DNA of 64,000 nucleotides, taken from assembly GCA_951406725.2 (NCBI GenBank), contig OX597820.1:58280001-58344000 (forward strand), in the 5' to 3' direction. The notes under the pieces were generated by a model. It was given only the letters and a program-made list of their open reading frames with translations, did no database searches and was not told the DNA's origin. The stretch comes from Octopus vulgaris. Its lineage: Eukaryota. Both the position numbers and the translations under genes were made by a program. Positions 25,780 through 39,768 of the stretch are shown here, piece by piece. Position 1 is the stretch's first letter, and each line of letters begins with the position of its first letter.

Positions 25780-26950
25780 GCCCAAAACTCGCGCTAGTGT
25801 GATATCAATATGAGGTACAGTTGAAATAAAGATAGAATAAAATAGGTTATTAAAGGGAGATAAGCCAAATACAGTTAATGGCTTCGCGAGTTATTTTTAA
25901 TACAATCATTCACAAGACTGTAAATGCTTATTTTCAAATATCTATGAGCTAAAGCAGAGGGAAATAAAGTAAGTAAATAAATAAATATAAAGGGGTTACG
26001 TGGTTATTTATACAAGGCTATTGTTATATGGAGTGAATTCGCGCTTTATTCGAGGGGCGGACTTTTCGATGTCCATGCATTCAAATAGGGACTCTGTGTA
26101 AAGCACCTGTTTAGGAAAACATAGATGAGTTTCTTAGTTCTAAAATGTTAGTGGGATAACGCTGAAGGTGTATGATATAGTGGTTAAAGTGTTAGATGCA
26201 GGAACATAATACCGTGGGTACAATTCCAAGACGGAAATACACGTTATGTCCTTGAGCAAAGCATTTCATTTCGCGTTACCCCCGTCTAGTCAATTTAAAT
26301 TGAGTACCAAGGCAAGTGCTGATGCAGCATTCAGTTTCTCCCTCTCACTAGATATGCTGAAGGGTCAAAGGGTGGGTTAAGTCGAATGGGTGTCTATATC
26401 TGTTCACAACTACATAGACGCCTAATAAAATCAGCGAGAGCTTGTCAGATGTTACCAAGCCATACTTGTTCGTGGTGGCTGGCCCTCGGTGGTATGGTGG
26501 CTAAGGTATATCCTGATCGGCTTTTCTTGTAGACTATACGAGTTCGTAGCAGTTTGTGGCTTATATATGCGCTAGTCCGGTGTGGTATTTTCACTCCTAC
26601 GAACGACTATTCACTATGTTCCATTGCTTAGAGTCTATAAGAAATCATAATCAGCATGTACAATCACCATATGATGGGACAGCAATTGCTTCCTGTTTTT
26701 AAAAATCCGCTTGCGCGTAACCGGTGTTTTTATTCTGAGAGGAACGGGATTTAGAGAGGTTTATGCAGGGTATGGGAATAAGTTAAAAGATATGTTAGTA
26801 AAGGGTATCATGAAGTATGAGCACGGCTTTGCAATAAGGAGAAGGATGAAGTATAGTATATTTAATACCCAGGTTTCGAAGTTATCAAAATAATCGGGGT
26901 TCCCAGGACGCATGTTTGGGTGGACGTGGAATGGGGCGGAAAATGTGGTA
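25780..26950 (-). pseudogene. decayed Penelope-like RT plus GIY-YIG fragment
   Basis: Minus peptides CVLGTP (like aMGtP), RSGYTLATI (like rGYp..I) and KKLIYVFLNRC..PYLNAWT (like LIY..C..YIG.T). Confidence 0.4.
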
Positions 26951-26989
26951 AAAAATGGAGAAGCTATCCCAATAAGAAACTTCTACATC

Positions 26990-29200
26990 TAGTGGCTAAC
27001 AGAGAAGTCCTAAAGAATATTAAGAAGAATGAATATGAATGCATTCTACTTTGAGAAAGGTATGTCCATTACTGCCATAGATGATTAGTTTAATTTCATT
27101 TCAAATATAAAATGTCCACTTAAGTTAAAGACGTGGTAAGATTCCAAAAGAAGTGAGTAAGTTTATTAAAAAATTAGCAAACCAATATTTTCCAAATGAA
27201 TTGATATTTGCCACCCTTCCAAAATTCCAGCAAACTATTTTTGAAAACTAACATAACCAAGAAACTGACAGAAACACTTATAATAGACTTTTATCATAAG
27301 AGATTATTATAAGAAAACAAAACTGTGACATAAAAAAAAACGTATTCAAATATTATAATGATTTTATATACTGATAAAACACTACCTATTCCGTAAACCA
27401 AATGAATATATTAATTGTATAAGCAGAGGCTCTAACAATTCGCTGCAGTTATTAATTATATCACAGGCACTATCAATTGATACATTTCCAATATTTCTTC
27501 AGATAAAAAGTTCGATAAGACCGACTTACACTACAACAATCTGCTGAAGAGATGTGGTTTCGATATGAAAAATTAATTCGACAGTTAATTAGAATTAATT
27601 AGACAGATCAATAGAGATAGCCTTTAGGTTTCATATGGTGCAGCTCAGACAGCATTTGCTAGACAACGACAGCTTAAATAAATATATCAACCAAGTGCTC
27701 AAAAGTAAAGAGAACAGCATACTAAAGAGAGGTAGCGAACTCAACAAAAATTCATTTCCTAGGGGCGTACCATTCTACCCCAGAATTGTTGGACTAACAT
27801 ATGTCACAAAGAGTCACTACAGAAACACTGCATAAAGCACAAAGAGGTTATATTTAGCTGTTTCCAGTATGCTCCAAAGAAATACTAATAGTTCTTTTTT
27901 CTAATTTTGGCACAAGGCCAACAATTTTGAGGAGAAAGGGTTAATCGATACCATCGATCCCAGTACTTTATAATATAGAATCCGAAATGAGAAAAAGTAA
28001 AATTGATTACGGCTGAATTTGACCTTTATAGGCGTAGGAGTGGCTGTGTGGTAAGTAGCTTGCTTACGAGCCACATGTTTCCGGGTTCAGTCCCACTGCG
28101 TGACACATTGGGCAAGTGTCTTCTACTATAGCCTCGGGCCGACCGAAGCCTTGTGAGTGGATTTGGTAGACGGAAACTGAAAGAAGCCCATCGTATATAT
28201 GTATGTATATGTGTATGTGTGTGTGTACGTGTGTGCGTGTATATGTTTGTGTGTCTGTATTTGTCCCCCAACATCGCTTGACAACCGATGCTGGTGTGTT
28301 TACATCCCTGTAACTTAGCAGTTCGGCAAAGGAGACCGATAGAATAAGTACTAGGCTTACAAAGAATAAGTCCTGGGGTCGATTTGCTCGACTAAAAGAA
28401 AGAGCCGGTGCTCCGGCATAGCCGCAGTCAAATGACTGAAACAAGTAAAAGAGCTTACATTATTTCACATCTTAATGATTACACTTCGCAATCCAAGTAC
28501 AAGAGATAGCTTCCAAATCCTAATGTAAAAAATAAAGCGAGAGTAAATCTCTTAAACTTTAAGATCGGCCGACGATGTCAGTTATACCACATTTCTCTGG
28601 AAGATATACGTGAATAGTAGCTGCCCAGAAAATGTCTTGAAGGTACTGCTTTATAAAGCGGTTTAACGTTGTTGCTCAAACAATGCAATACGTCAGTAGT
28701 CGGAAAGACTGCTCTTGGATAAATATCAAGAATATCTTTCCTACAGAATGCATACATGCGATCAAATCAAGGAATATTGGTGGAACATCTCCATCAACAC
28801 ATCTGCAAAATGCAAATATATCAAGCCTGTGCTATATTTATTTGGGACAGAAAAGAAAAATTATGCATTAAATTCAAAAGATATTCTTGACAGTTATACC
28901 AGGACAGTCTTTCCAATAAATAGCATTGTATATTGTTTTTGCAATAACTGCTTTCGAAGGCAGTGCAATCTAGACATTTTGGAAGCAGTTACTGACCACA
29001 TGTATCTTCCACATAATTGATATTTTTGGCACGCAGAGATATCTTTTATATAATAATTCTATTTGAGTTATAACTTTGAGGTTTGCTTTATAAAGCCCGA
29101 CCACCGGTATTGGCTTTCAAATACTACCATTCGACGAAAAAGGATGGCTTTACTGATGATAGAGATGAAAATCTGTAAATATCCGTAAATATTCGATTTA
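26990..29200 (+). pseudogene. decayed Penelope-like element (RT thumb, GIY-YIG and 3' HHR remnant) split by SINEs
   Basis: FYFEKGMSIT, LFRKPNEYINCISRGSN (like yrKPn..Yi..SnHP), *VSYG (like kvSYs), WNISI..TEKKNYALNSK; degenerate tttaCTGATGAt..gtaaa near 29148-29190. Confidence 0.55.
28031..28453 (+). mobile_element. full-length SINE family B
   Basis: ggcgtaggagtggctgtgtggtaagtagcttgc...ccgggttcagtcccactgcg; internal TA/TG tract; ends gactgaaacaagtaaaagag. Confidence 0.9.
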
Positions 29201-29449
29201 TACATAGACTGGTTAAGCGGGCAAGCCAAAATCTCTTCTGAACGAAACACCAGCCCGTCACAGGGCGACCCATTTGCCGGTGAGTGGACTGGAGCAACGT
29301 GAAATAAAGTGTTTTGCTCAGGAAACAAGTCTGGAATCACACTGGAATTTAGGGAAGGGTGGCAAATATTCTTAATTCATTTGGGAAAATATTTGTTTAC
29401 TAAATTTTTGAACAACTAATTACTAGGCCACACGACTTCACTTTCTCTT

Positions 29450-29503
<54 letters not shown>

Positions 29504-29531
29504 CCTTTCTATATCTCTCTCTATCTCTCTT

Positions 29532-29636
<105 letters not shown>

Positions 29637-29856
29637 AGAATCTGATATTCATTCTGTTCCTGTTCGTATTTTCTCACTCGATTACATCTTTCATTGTTCC
29701 TGTCTGAAGTATCGCATCAGGCCAGAAACATTGTGCAGCGACGGAGTAAGTTAGCAATTCCGTACACAGATATTTTAGTAATTCTATTTTTGTCGGGTAG
29801 AGTCCTTTATGTCAATTGTTAAACATGAAAGGTGTTATGTGACATATATATATATA

Positions 29857-31828
29857 TCACCTTGATCACCTTGACCGACCAGTCCGTCAGGCGTCCATTT
29901 GACACCGCTGGTCACAGCACGCTGTCCACTCCTCTCTGGATCGCGCCTTTCTCATCCACGTGATCCCAATCGTCCTCCTGAAATCGTAACTCCACCGTCG
30001 TGGAGGTCTTCCGGGTGGTCTTTTCCGCTCACGCGGGTACCACTCGAAAACTGGGTGCGTCCACCGATTATCGGTGAGCCGGGCGACGTGTCCAGCCCAT
30101 CTATACTTGCTGCGTGTATACTCTGCGATGACATCTCTCACGCCGGACTTCTTTCTGATGATCTTGCTACTTATGTGCTCTCTCAACGAGATACCAAGCA
30201 TTGAACTTTCCATGGCTCTTTGAGCCGTTACCAGTCTTTGCTCTTCTCTCTTTGTGGTAGCCCATGTTTCACTACCATATAACATTGCAGGCAGAACTGC
30301 ACTGTTAATGAGGTTGGCGCGGGTGGTCCTGTCCAACCTTCCATTGAGCACATCCCTTATGCCATTGAACGTCTTCCATCCGGCCCTTACTCTCCGTGAG
30401 ATCTCCTTTTTGATATCCCGGCACATATTTACTTCCTGTCCCAAGTAGACATATTCCCTCACCTCCTCTATTTCATCACAGCCGATCACCATTCTACCTG
30501 TTGGTACATTGTCTGACCGCATGAACTTTGTTTTCATGCGGTTCATCTTGAGACCTACTGCAGAACTTTTGATGTCGAGCTCCGTCAGCATAGTCTGAAG
30601 CTGATCCATGTTTTCAGCGATGAGTACGATGTCGTCAGCGAAACGGAGGTGAGTGAGGAGCTCGCCATTGATGTTGACACCACCTTACCGGTCGATGCCT
30701 TTGATGATCTGTTCGAGACATGCAGTGAAAAGTTTTGGGGAGATTGTATCTCCTTGCTTCACTCCCTTCTCGACCGGCACTCGTATGGGTGATGACAGTA
30801 GAGTTATGTCGGTGGTGCATCCGGAATTTGCCTCTCTGAGCAGCTGCGCATATTGCGCTTCGATTCCTTGCCACTGCAGCGAGTTTAGCACTGCGTTGGT
30901 TTCGATGCTATCGAAGGCCTTCTCATAATCTATAAACGCAACGCAAAGAGGCAGCTTGTACTCATTTGCTCGCTCAAGCAGTTGCGTTAGAGTAAATAGA
31001 TGGTCCATTGTGCTGTAGTTCTTCCGGAAGCCTGCTTGTTCCTTCGGTTGTTGTTCGTCGAGACGACGTGACAACCTGTTCAGAATTATCTTCGTGAACA
31101 GCTTGTACACGTGAGACAGCAGGCATATGGGTCGGTAGTTCTTTAGATCTTCTCTGTCGCCCTTCTTATACAGCAGGATGGTATTTGACTCTTTCTACTG
31201 CGAAGGAATTCTTCCCTCGTCTAGATAGTGCGTAAATCGCTCAGCGAGGATTTTCCAGAGCTGCTCTCTGCCTGACTTTAGCATCTCCGATGTTATACCG
31301 TCTTTCCCTGGAGCCTTTCCGTTTTTCATCGAGCCGATGACTCTTTCAACCTCACTGACAAGGATAGGTGGCACGTTTTCTTCCTGTTGGAGTGGTGGTA
31401 ACGGCTGGACATTTCTGGTAGACTTAAAGAGCTTGGTGTAGAAGTCTTCACAAACTTTTTCCATCTCGCTCTTCTCGTTGACCGGTATTCCATCTGTATT
31501 TTTCAGGGCCGTCACCTCCGATCTATATAGTACCATGTCCCTCTTGCATTTCTTGAGGCTCTTCTTTTCCTCTGTGGCCTTCAAGAGCTTCTCCATCCGG
31601 TATGCCTCAAAGTCTTTCTTTAGTTGCTGACGAATCACTCTGCTGAGAATGGAATATTCAAGGTGATCTTCAATAGTCCTCTTCATATTTTTCCTCTTCT
31701 CGAGTAACTTAGTAGTTTCTTCCGAGATTCTTCCCTTCTTTTCTCTTGGGCATACTCCCTTAGCCTTCCTTAAACACTCCTTCAGTTTCCCTATCAGTGA
31801 GTTGTAGTCATCGTCTATGTCGTCTCCT
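29857..31828 (-). mobile_element. young 5'-truncated RTE-clade LINE
   Basis: ORFs 31195-31686, 30685-31110 and 29887-30609 share one frame split by only two stops; KAPGKDGI, NYRPICLL, QAGFR, DYEKAFDS, GVKQGD, LRFADD, YVYLG, YGSETW, WAGHVAR, GRPPRRW; tail ggtgatcaaggtgat into (TA)n. Confidence 0.95.
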
Positions 31829-31859
31829 ATATATGCATGTGTGTAACATATGTTATGTA

Positions 31860-31913
<54 letters not shown>

Positions 31914-31915
<2 letters not shown>

Positions 31916-32111
31916 CAGTATGTGACCGCGTGAGTATTGTTGGCGATTTTCTTTCTCCGTCTTCCCTTTCTTTTTCTATGTTTCTGACGAAGACTCCGCT
32001 CGTAACGTTAAATCATCCTTCTTTCTTTCCTTGCCTGAGCGTCCAATAACACTATACTTGTTCCACATCCTCGCGTTGTTGTATTTTCTCTTTGTTCATG
32101 TTTGGATTAAC
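31914..32111 (+). mobile_element. about 200-bp HHR-bearing cassette (family E) flanked by (TA)n
   Basis: gttt CTGACGA agac tcc gctc GTAA CG TT|aaat at 31980-32013; homologous to 34221-34424. Confidence 0.75.
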
Positions 32112-32112
32112 T

Positions 32113-32160
<48 letters not shown>

Positions 32161-32164
<4 letters not shown>

Positions 32165-32710
32165 TTGGCATCAAATGGCAGAATCATGTGCTAACAAAGA
32201 TGTCCTCAAGCAAGCAGGAATACCAAGCATGTTTGCACTCCTCACATAAATACGTATGATATGGCTTGGACATGTTAGCCGTATGGAAGATGGCAGAACA
32301 TACTCTACGAAGAGCTTGCTAGGGGCACTAGGTCTGTGGAAGACCGTTCTTACGATACAGGGATGTTTGAAAAAGGGACATGAAGGCCTGTGACGTCAAT
32401 ATTAGCAACTGCGAAGCAGTTGCCAGCAACCGTGAAGATTGGCGATGTACCGTAAAAGAGGGAACACAAAGGAGTGAGAGAGAGAGAGAGTAGAAATGGA
32501 AAGACAAGAAAAGACGTTAACAAGAAACTATGACATTGCAACCAGCCAGGCAAAGTCTTCGCTACATTTGCGGCACCTGTCAGTGTTTGTCCAGGATAGA
32601 ACTACACAGCCACAGCAGGAGATGTATTAGGACATGAAATGTAAAAGCCGGACTAGATTATTTTATGCGCAACCCCATTGTCTCCCGAGACAAAAAGGAT
32701 GCCAACAATA
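32161..32710 (+). mobile_element. RTE/BovB-like LINE 3' fragment
   Basis: ILGIKWQ, NKDVLKQAGIPSM, WLGHVSRMEDGR and C-terminal YICGTCQ..SRIELHSHSRRC zinc-finger-like motif; frameshifted. Confidence 0.85.
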
Positions 32711-32715
32711 CATAC

Positions 32716-32751
<36 letters not shown>

Positions 32752-32757
32752 GGGGGG

Positions 32758-33100
32758 AGGTGCAGGAGTCGCTATGTGGTAAGTAGCTTGCTTACCAACC
32801 GCATGGTCCCGGGTACAGTTCCACTGCGTGGCACCTTGGGCAAGTGTCTTTTACTGAAGCCTCGGGCCGATCAAATCCTTGTGAGTGGATTTGGTAGACG
32901 CGTTTGTTCCCCACCATCACTTGACAACCGAAGGTGGTGTGTTTACGTCCCCGTAACATAGCGGTTCGTCAAAAGATCGATAGAATAAGTACTGGGCTTA
33001 CAAAGAATAATAAGTCCTAGGGTCGATTTGTTCGACTAAAGGCGGTGCTCCAGCATGGCCGCAGTCAAATAACTGAAACAAATAAAAGAATAAAAGAAAA

Positions 33101-33146
<46 letters not shown>

Positions 33147-33292
33147 GCACACAACAGGCTTCCAGTTTACCAAACTCACTCTCAAGGCTTTGATCTGCCC
33201 GAGGCTATAGTAGATGATATTTCCCCAAGGTGCCACGCAACGAGGCTGAACCTGGAACCACGTGGTTTGGAAGCAAGCTTCTTACCACACAC
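32758..33292. mobile_element. SINE family B copies (plus 32758-33095; minus 5' half 33155-33292)
   Basis: ccactgcgtggcaccttgggcaagtgtc and aaaggcggtgctccagcatggccgcagtc. Confidence 0.85.
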
Positions 33293-33329
33293 AATATATA
33301 TATATACATACATGTATATATATATACAC

Positions 33330-33362
<33 letters not shown>

Positions 33363-33414
33363 AAGTTAGGTTTTATATATATATATACATACACACACAC
33401 ATATACATATACAG

Positions 33415-33470
<56 letters not shown>

Positions 33471-33849
33471 ATGCATGTATGTATGCATGTATGTATGCAT
33501 GTATGTATGCATGTATGTATATACGCCGAATGCATGCTATTGGGAATAATTGGGTGTTGCCTGGAGGAATATCTGGGTTAGCCTACATCGTACCACCTAC
33601 TTACTTCTGTTTGTTTACTGGTTTATATATTGTTTATTTTTTTACAGTTTATTATGAGGCGGGAGTTGCATATCTTGCATTCTGTAATGGCATGGTCAGA
33701 GTTTCAATAAACATTGGAAATCCAAGAAATCTGCAACTGAAATGATGGCGAGAAAATAAACAGTAATCGACAACTTTATATTTTTTATCACTTTTCCACT
33801 TCGATTTCATTATAGTTATATACGTACGCGTGTTGTGTGCGTGTATACA

Positions 33850-33853
33850 TACA

Positions 33854-33908
<55 letters not shown>

Positions 33909-33930
33909 TGCGTTCTTGTCCTATTTTGTA

Positions 33931-33974
<44 letters not shown>

Positions 33975-33982
33975 GATAGATG

Positions 33983-34045
<63 letters not shown>

Positions 34046-34152
34046 CGATAGATAGATCGATAGATAGATAGATAGATAGATATGTATATATATATATAAA
34101 TAGATACACACATACATGCATACATATTTATATATATACATACATAGATACA

Positions 34153-34224
<72 letters not shown>

Positions 34225-34421
34225 TAATCCAAACAAGAAACCACAAAAAAAAAACACAACAACGCGAGGACGTGGAACAAATATAGTATTATTGGACGGT
34301 CAGGAAAGAAGGAAAGAAGGAGGGTTTAACGTTTCGAGCGGAGCTCTTCGTCGGAAACATAGGAGAAGGAAAGATCCAGAGAAGGCAAGACAGAGGAAAA
34401 AAATCGCCAACGGTATTCACG

Positions 34422-34506
<85 letters not shown>

Positions 34507-34821
34507 CATAGATACATACATATACATACATAGATACATACATACATACATATACATACATATATATATAGATACATACATACATACATATACATACATA
34601 TATATATAGATATATACATACATACATATACATACATATATATATAGATATATACATACATACATACATATACATACTTATATATATAGATATATACATA
34701 CATACATACATATACATACATATATATATATAGATATATACATACATACATACATATACATACATATATATATAGATATATACATACATACATATACATA
34801 CATATATATATAGATATATAC

Positions 34822-34868
<47 letters not shown>

Positions 34869-35023
34869 CATATATATATAGATATATACATACATACATA
34901 CATATATATATAGATATATATATATATATACATACATAGATACATACATACATATATATATATATACATATATATACATATATATATATATATATACATA
35001 CATACATAGATACATACATACAT

Positions 35024-35055
<32 letters not shown>

Positions 35056-35142
35056 CATACATACATACATACATACATACATACATACATACATACATAC
35101 ATACATACATACAAACAAACAAACACATATATATATATATAT
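33850..35142. repeat. large compound microsatellite ((TA)n, (GATA)n, (TACA)n) with an embedded family E cassette
   Basis: Directly visible simple repeats at 33850-34220 and 34425-35142. Confidence 0.95.
34221..34424 (-). mobile_element. about 200-bp HHR-bearing cassette (family E) flanked by (TA)n
   Basis: Minus 34358-34324: guuu CCGACGA A GAGC ucc GCUC GAAA CG UU|aaac. Confidence 0.75.
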
Positions 35143-35599
35143 AAGCAGATTACTTTGCATTGCCTCACACACCAATTTCTGGTAAAGTTTATAGGAGCGC
35201 AGAAGCATACGATGAACCTTGGGCATTTTTAGATTTTGCGGTTCCAACGCTCTCTAGGACTAGAAGAAACACTGAAAATGGGACAGGAAGAAAGAAGAAT
35301 TGACACCAGTACAGAGCTCGTACTTTATTTATTGGTCACCAACAACCACTCTATGGAAAAGTTTGCTTTTATCTCACTAAAGAATCAATACTACATATAC
35401 CGACTAATTAAACTAAGAGAGTAATTTTCGCGTGATAGTCAACAGAATATACAAAGAGCAGATCTGTCCAGTCTTTCACAATAAGGATCACACTAACATT
35501 ACTTCAATACCATTATGAACAGAATTACAAATCAGACCAACGACTTGCGTAAAAGCATCTCCTGGAGCATAAAACTAAGTTTGACACGCAGAGAAGCTT

Positions 35600-36310
35600 T
35601 CAGACATATAACTTTTTAATACCACCCTCCTACTATTAAACATCCAGTGATCTAACAAAACTATAACTTCGTTGGATCATCACTAATAAGAAATCACTCT
35701 GGAAAATGAAATAGCTCCAACGTTGTTACTCAAGCGTCTCTTTGCGCACATATATACTAGCACATCTGGAGAGTGGCTGAAGTCTTACACAACCCATCAC
35801 AATATCTCGCAAGAGACTCGAGTGGAAAGCTACTACGGCAATAACCAGGATACGTGCTCCATGCACACCCAAGCATCATCAATAGAAGCTGTGAAAAGTA
35901 AACCAACGCCTGGAAGAAGGATAAGAATATATGCCTGGCGTCTCAGCAAGAACAATCAGACTTCCTTATGAAGTTATGCTCCGCCAAAATCATTCTGTAG
36001 TTACAAAGACACCGGAAAGTGGAAATCCATCAGTCTTCCGATGTAATCTGGACTCAGTAGGATCCTGCACATCTTTACTCTTGACGACCGAGAATTCGAG
36101 GCACTTCATTAGAGGGTATCACACTATACCGGAGGTAACTCACTCGAGGGTATCACACTGTACTGGAGGTACTTCACTCGTGGATATCACATTGTACCGA
36201 AGGCACGCGAATGACGCCTTTGATCTGATCTGCTCCAGAAAAGAACCAATGAAATTACATGACATCATCCACACCGTCTACAACAGCATCAAATTCCACA
36301 TCAAACATTC
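35600..36310 (+). pseudogene. decayed Penelope-like RT
   Basis: QDTCSMHTQASSIEAVK (like D..SLyT.vp..eai); LYRRHANDAFDLI...HTVYNSIKFHIK (like Y.RYvDD.F...lN..h.sIkFT.E). Confidence 0.65.
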
Positions 36311-36880
36311 TGCAAGATATATGTGTGTGTGTGTGTCTGCCTGTCTGTCTGTGTGTGCGCGCGCGCGCGTGTGTCTGCGTATGTGTGTGCGTGTGTGCCT
36401 GCCCGGTGTGTATTTTAATATAAACATATATACTATATATGTTTATAAAGTCATATAATTATATATGAATGTATGTGTGTGTATGAGTGTGTCTGTGTGT
36501 GCATACATACCTACATATATGAATGTATGTATGTTTGAATGTGTGTGTATGTGTGTGTATGAATACGTTTGCATATATACATGAATACAGGAAAGAAAAC
36601 AAAACAGGAGAGATTGTTTATATAATGTCTAATTACACCATCTTACGTACGTTTCATTAGCATAAGGTGATTATTATCGGTTACAGAATACAAAATTACA
36701 AATTACAATTAGTATTAATACTCTGTGCATAAATGAATACACAGACACAGGCACACACAGACACACACACACACACGTGTGCAATATATATACATATATA
36801 TGAATATATATACACATATACATATATATGTATACATATTTATACTTACATGTGTATAGGTCTATATATATATGTGTGTG

Positions 36881-37188
36881 TGTGGAGGTGCAATGGCCCG
36901 GTGGTTAGGGCAGCGGACACGCGGTCGTAGGATCGCGGTTTCGATTCCCAGACCGGGCGTTGTGAGTGTTCATTGAGCGAAAACATCTAAAGCCCCACGA
37001 GGCTCCGGCAGGGGGTGGTGGTGATCCCTGCTGTACTCTTTCGCCACAACTATCTCTCACTCTTTCTTCTGTTGGCTTGCTCGCGTAGCCAGCGGGGTGG
37101 CGTCATTTGAAGGCTAAAACAATACGATGTGACCAGCGATGTGTAGCAACATCTGATAGCCTGGTCGGTCATGGTGATCACGGTGATA
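36881..37188 (+). mobile_element. SINE family C with RTE-derived tail
   Basis: Near-identical to 12421-12726; ends ctggtcggtcatggtgatcacggtgat(TA)n. Confidence 0.9.
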
Positions 37189-38064
37189 TATATATATATA
37201 AATATATATATTTCGTTTTTGGCTTTGGTTTGCAAGATTCTTTGTGTGAGTTCGTGTGTTGAAGCATATTCTGTTGTGTCTGGGGAGAGTCAATTATCTT
37301 TTAATGCCTTATAATTTAACATGACTATGAAAGTAAGCAGATAGACATACTGACGGATAGGAACATAGGTTATATGAACAAACAAGCGCACATACACACA
37401 TACACAAATGAAGACTGAAACACATGACCATATACACACGCACTTCACTTCACACAAGAACACATATAGAGACACACGTCCATACATACAGAGAAACACA
37501 TCCATACATACAGACACAGTACATAGTCTAAGAAACCCAAACATACACACACTCAGATATGCTCACACAAGGAGACAGAGAACACACACACACACACACA
37601 TAAAAATACACAAACACATGAATTTTCAGAATACATAGTCAAATTTACACACATACATATATACATATGCATGCATACATGCATACACACACATGCATGC
37701 ATACATACATGTGTATGCACACACACACACTGACCCTCACGCATGCGCACAAACAAACAAAAAGAACGCAGCTGGAATAACGGACAGAGTCGACAACTAT
37801 TGAAAATGTTGCAACGAAATTTTTAGAAAAATAAATAAGTAAATGAGTGGACATTTTGCCGGTGTGTGTGTGTTAAATTATAAGGCACGAAAAGAGAATG
37901 ATTTTCCCCAGACACAACTGCACATATACATATATACACATATATATATATATATATATACATATAAAAACACACATATTTATATATACAGATATATATA
38001 TATTTATATATACATATACATTTTTTTTCAGCTCAGAGCTGCGGCCATGCTGATGCACCGCCGT

Positions 38065-38558
38065 TAAACAGAAAGACGAAATATTTCTAAGCATATCGCC
38101 CGGCGTGCTAACATTTCTGCCAGCTTGCCGCCTTGTTATATATATTTCTTTACTAACCACAAGGAACTAAACACAGAGGGGACAAACAAGGACAGACAAA
38201 CAGATTAAGTCGATTATATCGACCCCAGTGCGTAACTGGTACTTAATTTATCGACCTCGAAATGATGAAAGGCAAAGTCAACCTCGGCAGAATTTGAATT
38301 CAGAATGTAACAACAGATGAAATACCTATTTCTTTACTACCCACAAGGAGCTAAACACAGAGGGGACAAACAACGACAGACAAACAGATTAAGTCGATTA
38401 TATCGACCCCAGTGCGTAACTGATACTTAATTTATCGACCCTGAAAGGATGAAAGGCAAAGTCGTCCTCGGCGGAATTTGAACTCAGAACGTAGCAGCAG
38501 ACGAAATGCGGCTACGCATTTCGCCCGGCGTGCTAACGTTTCTGCCAGCTCGCCGCCT
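38065..38558 (-). mobile_element. multimeric SINE family A
   Basis: Two body+linker units with head at 38500-38558; a second head fragment at about 38070-38132. Confidence 0.85.
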
Positions 38559-38908
38559 TATGTATACATACATATATGTATACATATTTGCATGTATGTA
38601 TGTGCCTTTGTGTCTCTGGTCGTTCCCCACAGCCGTTTGACAACTGGTGCTGCTGCCTTTACGTCACCGTAATTTAGCGGTTCCGCAAAGTGACCGATAG
38701 AATAAGTACCAGGCTCAACAAATAATCAATAATGGGGTCGATTCGTTCGACTTCCAAAATTCTTCAAGGTGGCGCCACACTCTAATGACTGAAACAAATA
38801 AACGATAAAGATATATGTATATACACACGTACATCCACCCATCCATCCATACACACACACACACACACAACAAACACACATACATCCTTACATATGAGTG
38901 TGTGCGTC

Positions 38909-38993
<85 letters not shown>

Positions 38994-39374
38994 CGTTTTC
39001 CATTAACGGATGTCCTTGCGTATAAGTAAGCACAAATTCTTTTACATTCCCTCGATTTCCTGTAACTCAGACCGCCTCATGGTCCCAGTAGACAAAATGG
39101 GGAAGGCGTTGCCCCGAGAATGGAACAGTCTTACACTTACGGATTGCCATATCCACCCCAATAGCGGTGAGCAGGGACATAGGCCGGAGGTCGACAACGC
39201 CGGAGGTCTCCACTTCCACAGACTCTACCATTAGCCTGTTAGAGAGCTACCGATGAACTTCGTCATCCTCCTCTATTCATTTGAAACTTTTCTTGCCCTT
39301 GTCTCTGCATAAAAATGCTACCCTAACTCCAACTGATTAGAAATTTCATCATCCTCCAGTATTCAGAGATATTC

Positions 39375-39768
39375 TTTTCCCCTCTAGGCACAAGGCCCGA
39401 AATTTTTGGAGGGGTGACCAGTCGATTAGATCGACCGCAGTATGCAACTGGTATCTAATTTATCGACCCCGAAAGGATGAAAGGCAAAGTCGACCTCGGC
39501 TGAATTTGAACTCAGAACACAAAGACAGACGAAATACCTATTTCTTTACTACCCACAAGGGGCTAAACACAGAGAGGACAAACAAGGACAGACAAACGGA
39601 TTAAGTCGATTATATCAACCCCCAGTGCGTAACTAGTACTTATTTAATCGACCCCAAAAGGATGAAAGGCAAATTCGACCTCGGCGGAATTTGAACTCAG
39701 AACGTAACGGCAGACGAAATATCGCTAAGCATTTCGCCCGGCGTGCTAACGTTTCTGCCAGCTCACTG
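39375..39768 (-). mobile_element. dimeric SINE family A
   Basis: Tail ctaggcacaaggcccgaaattt, two bodies, head gcccggcgtgctaacgtttctgccagctc. Confidence 0.9.

Noticed and set aside
34289-35168. 279-280 aa ORFs and similar YI/CV/HT-rich ORFs throughout the track
   Set aside because: Translations of TA, TG and TACA microsatellites, which lack stops by composition
36641-36684. Minus-strand ccgataat...gaaacgtacgta as an intact hammerhead
   Set aside because: Two core changes and unpaired helices; counted only as a decayed trace
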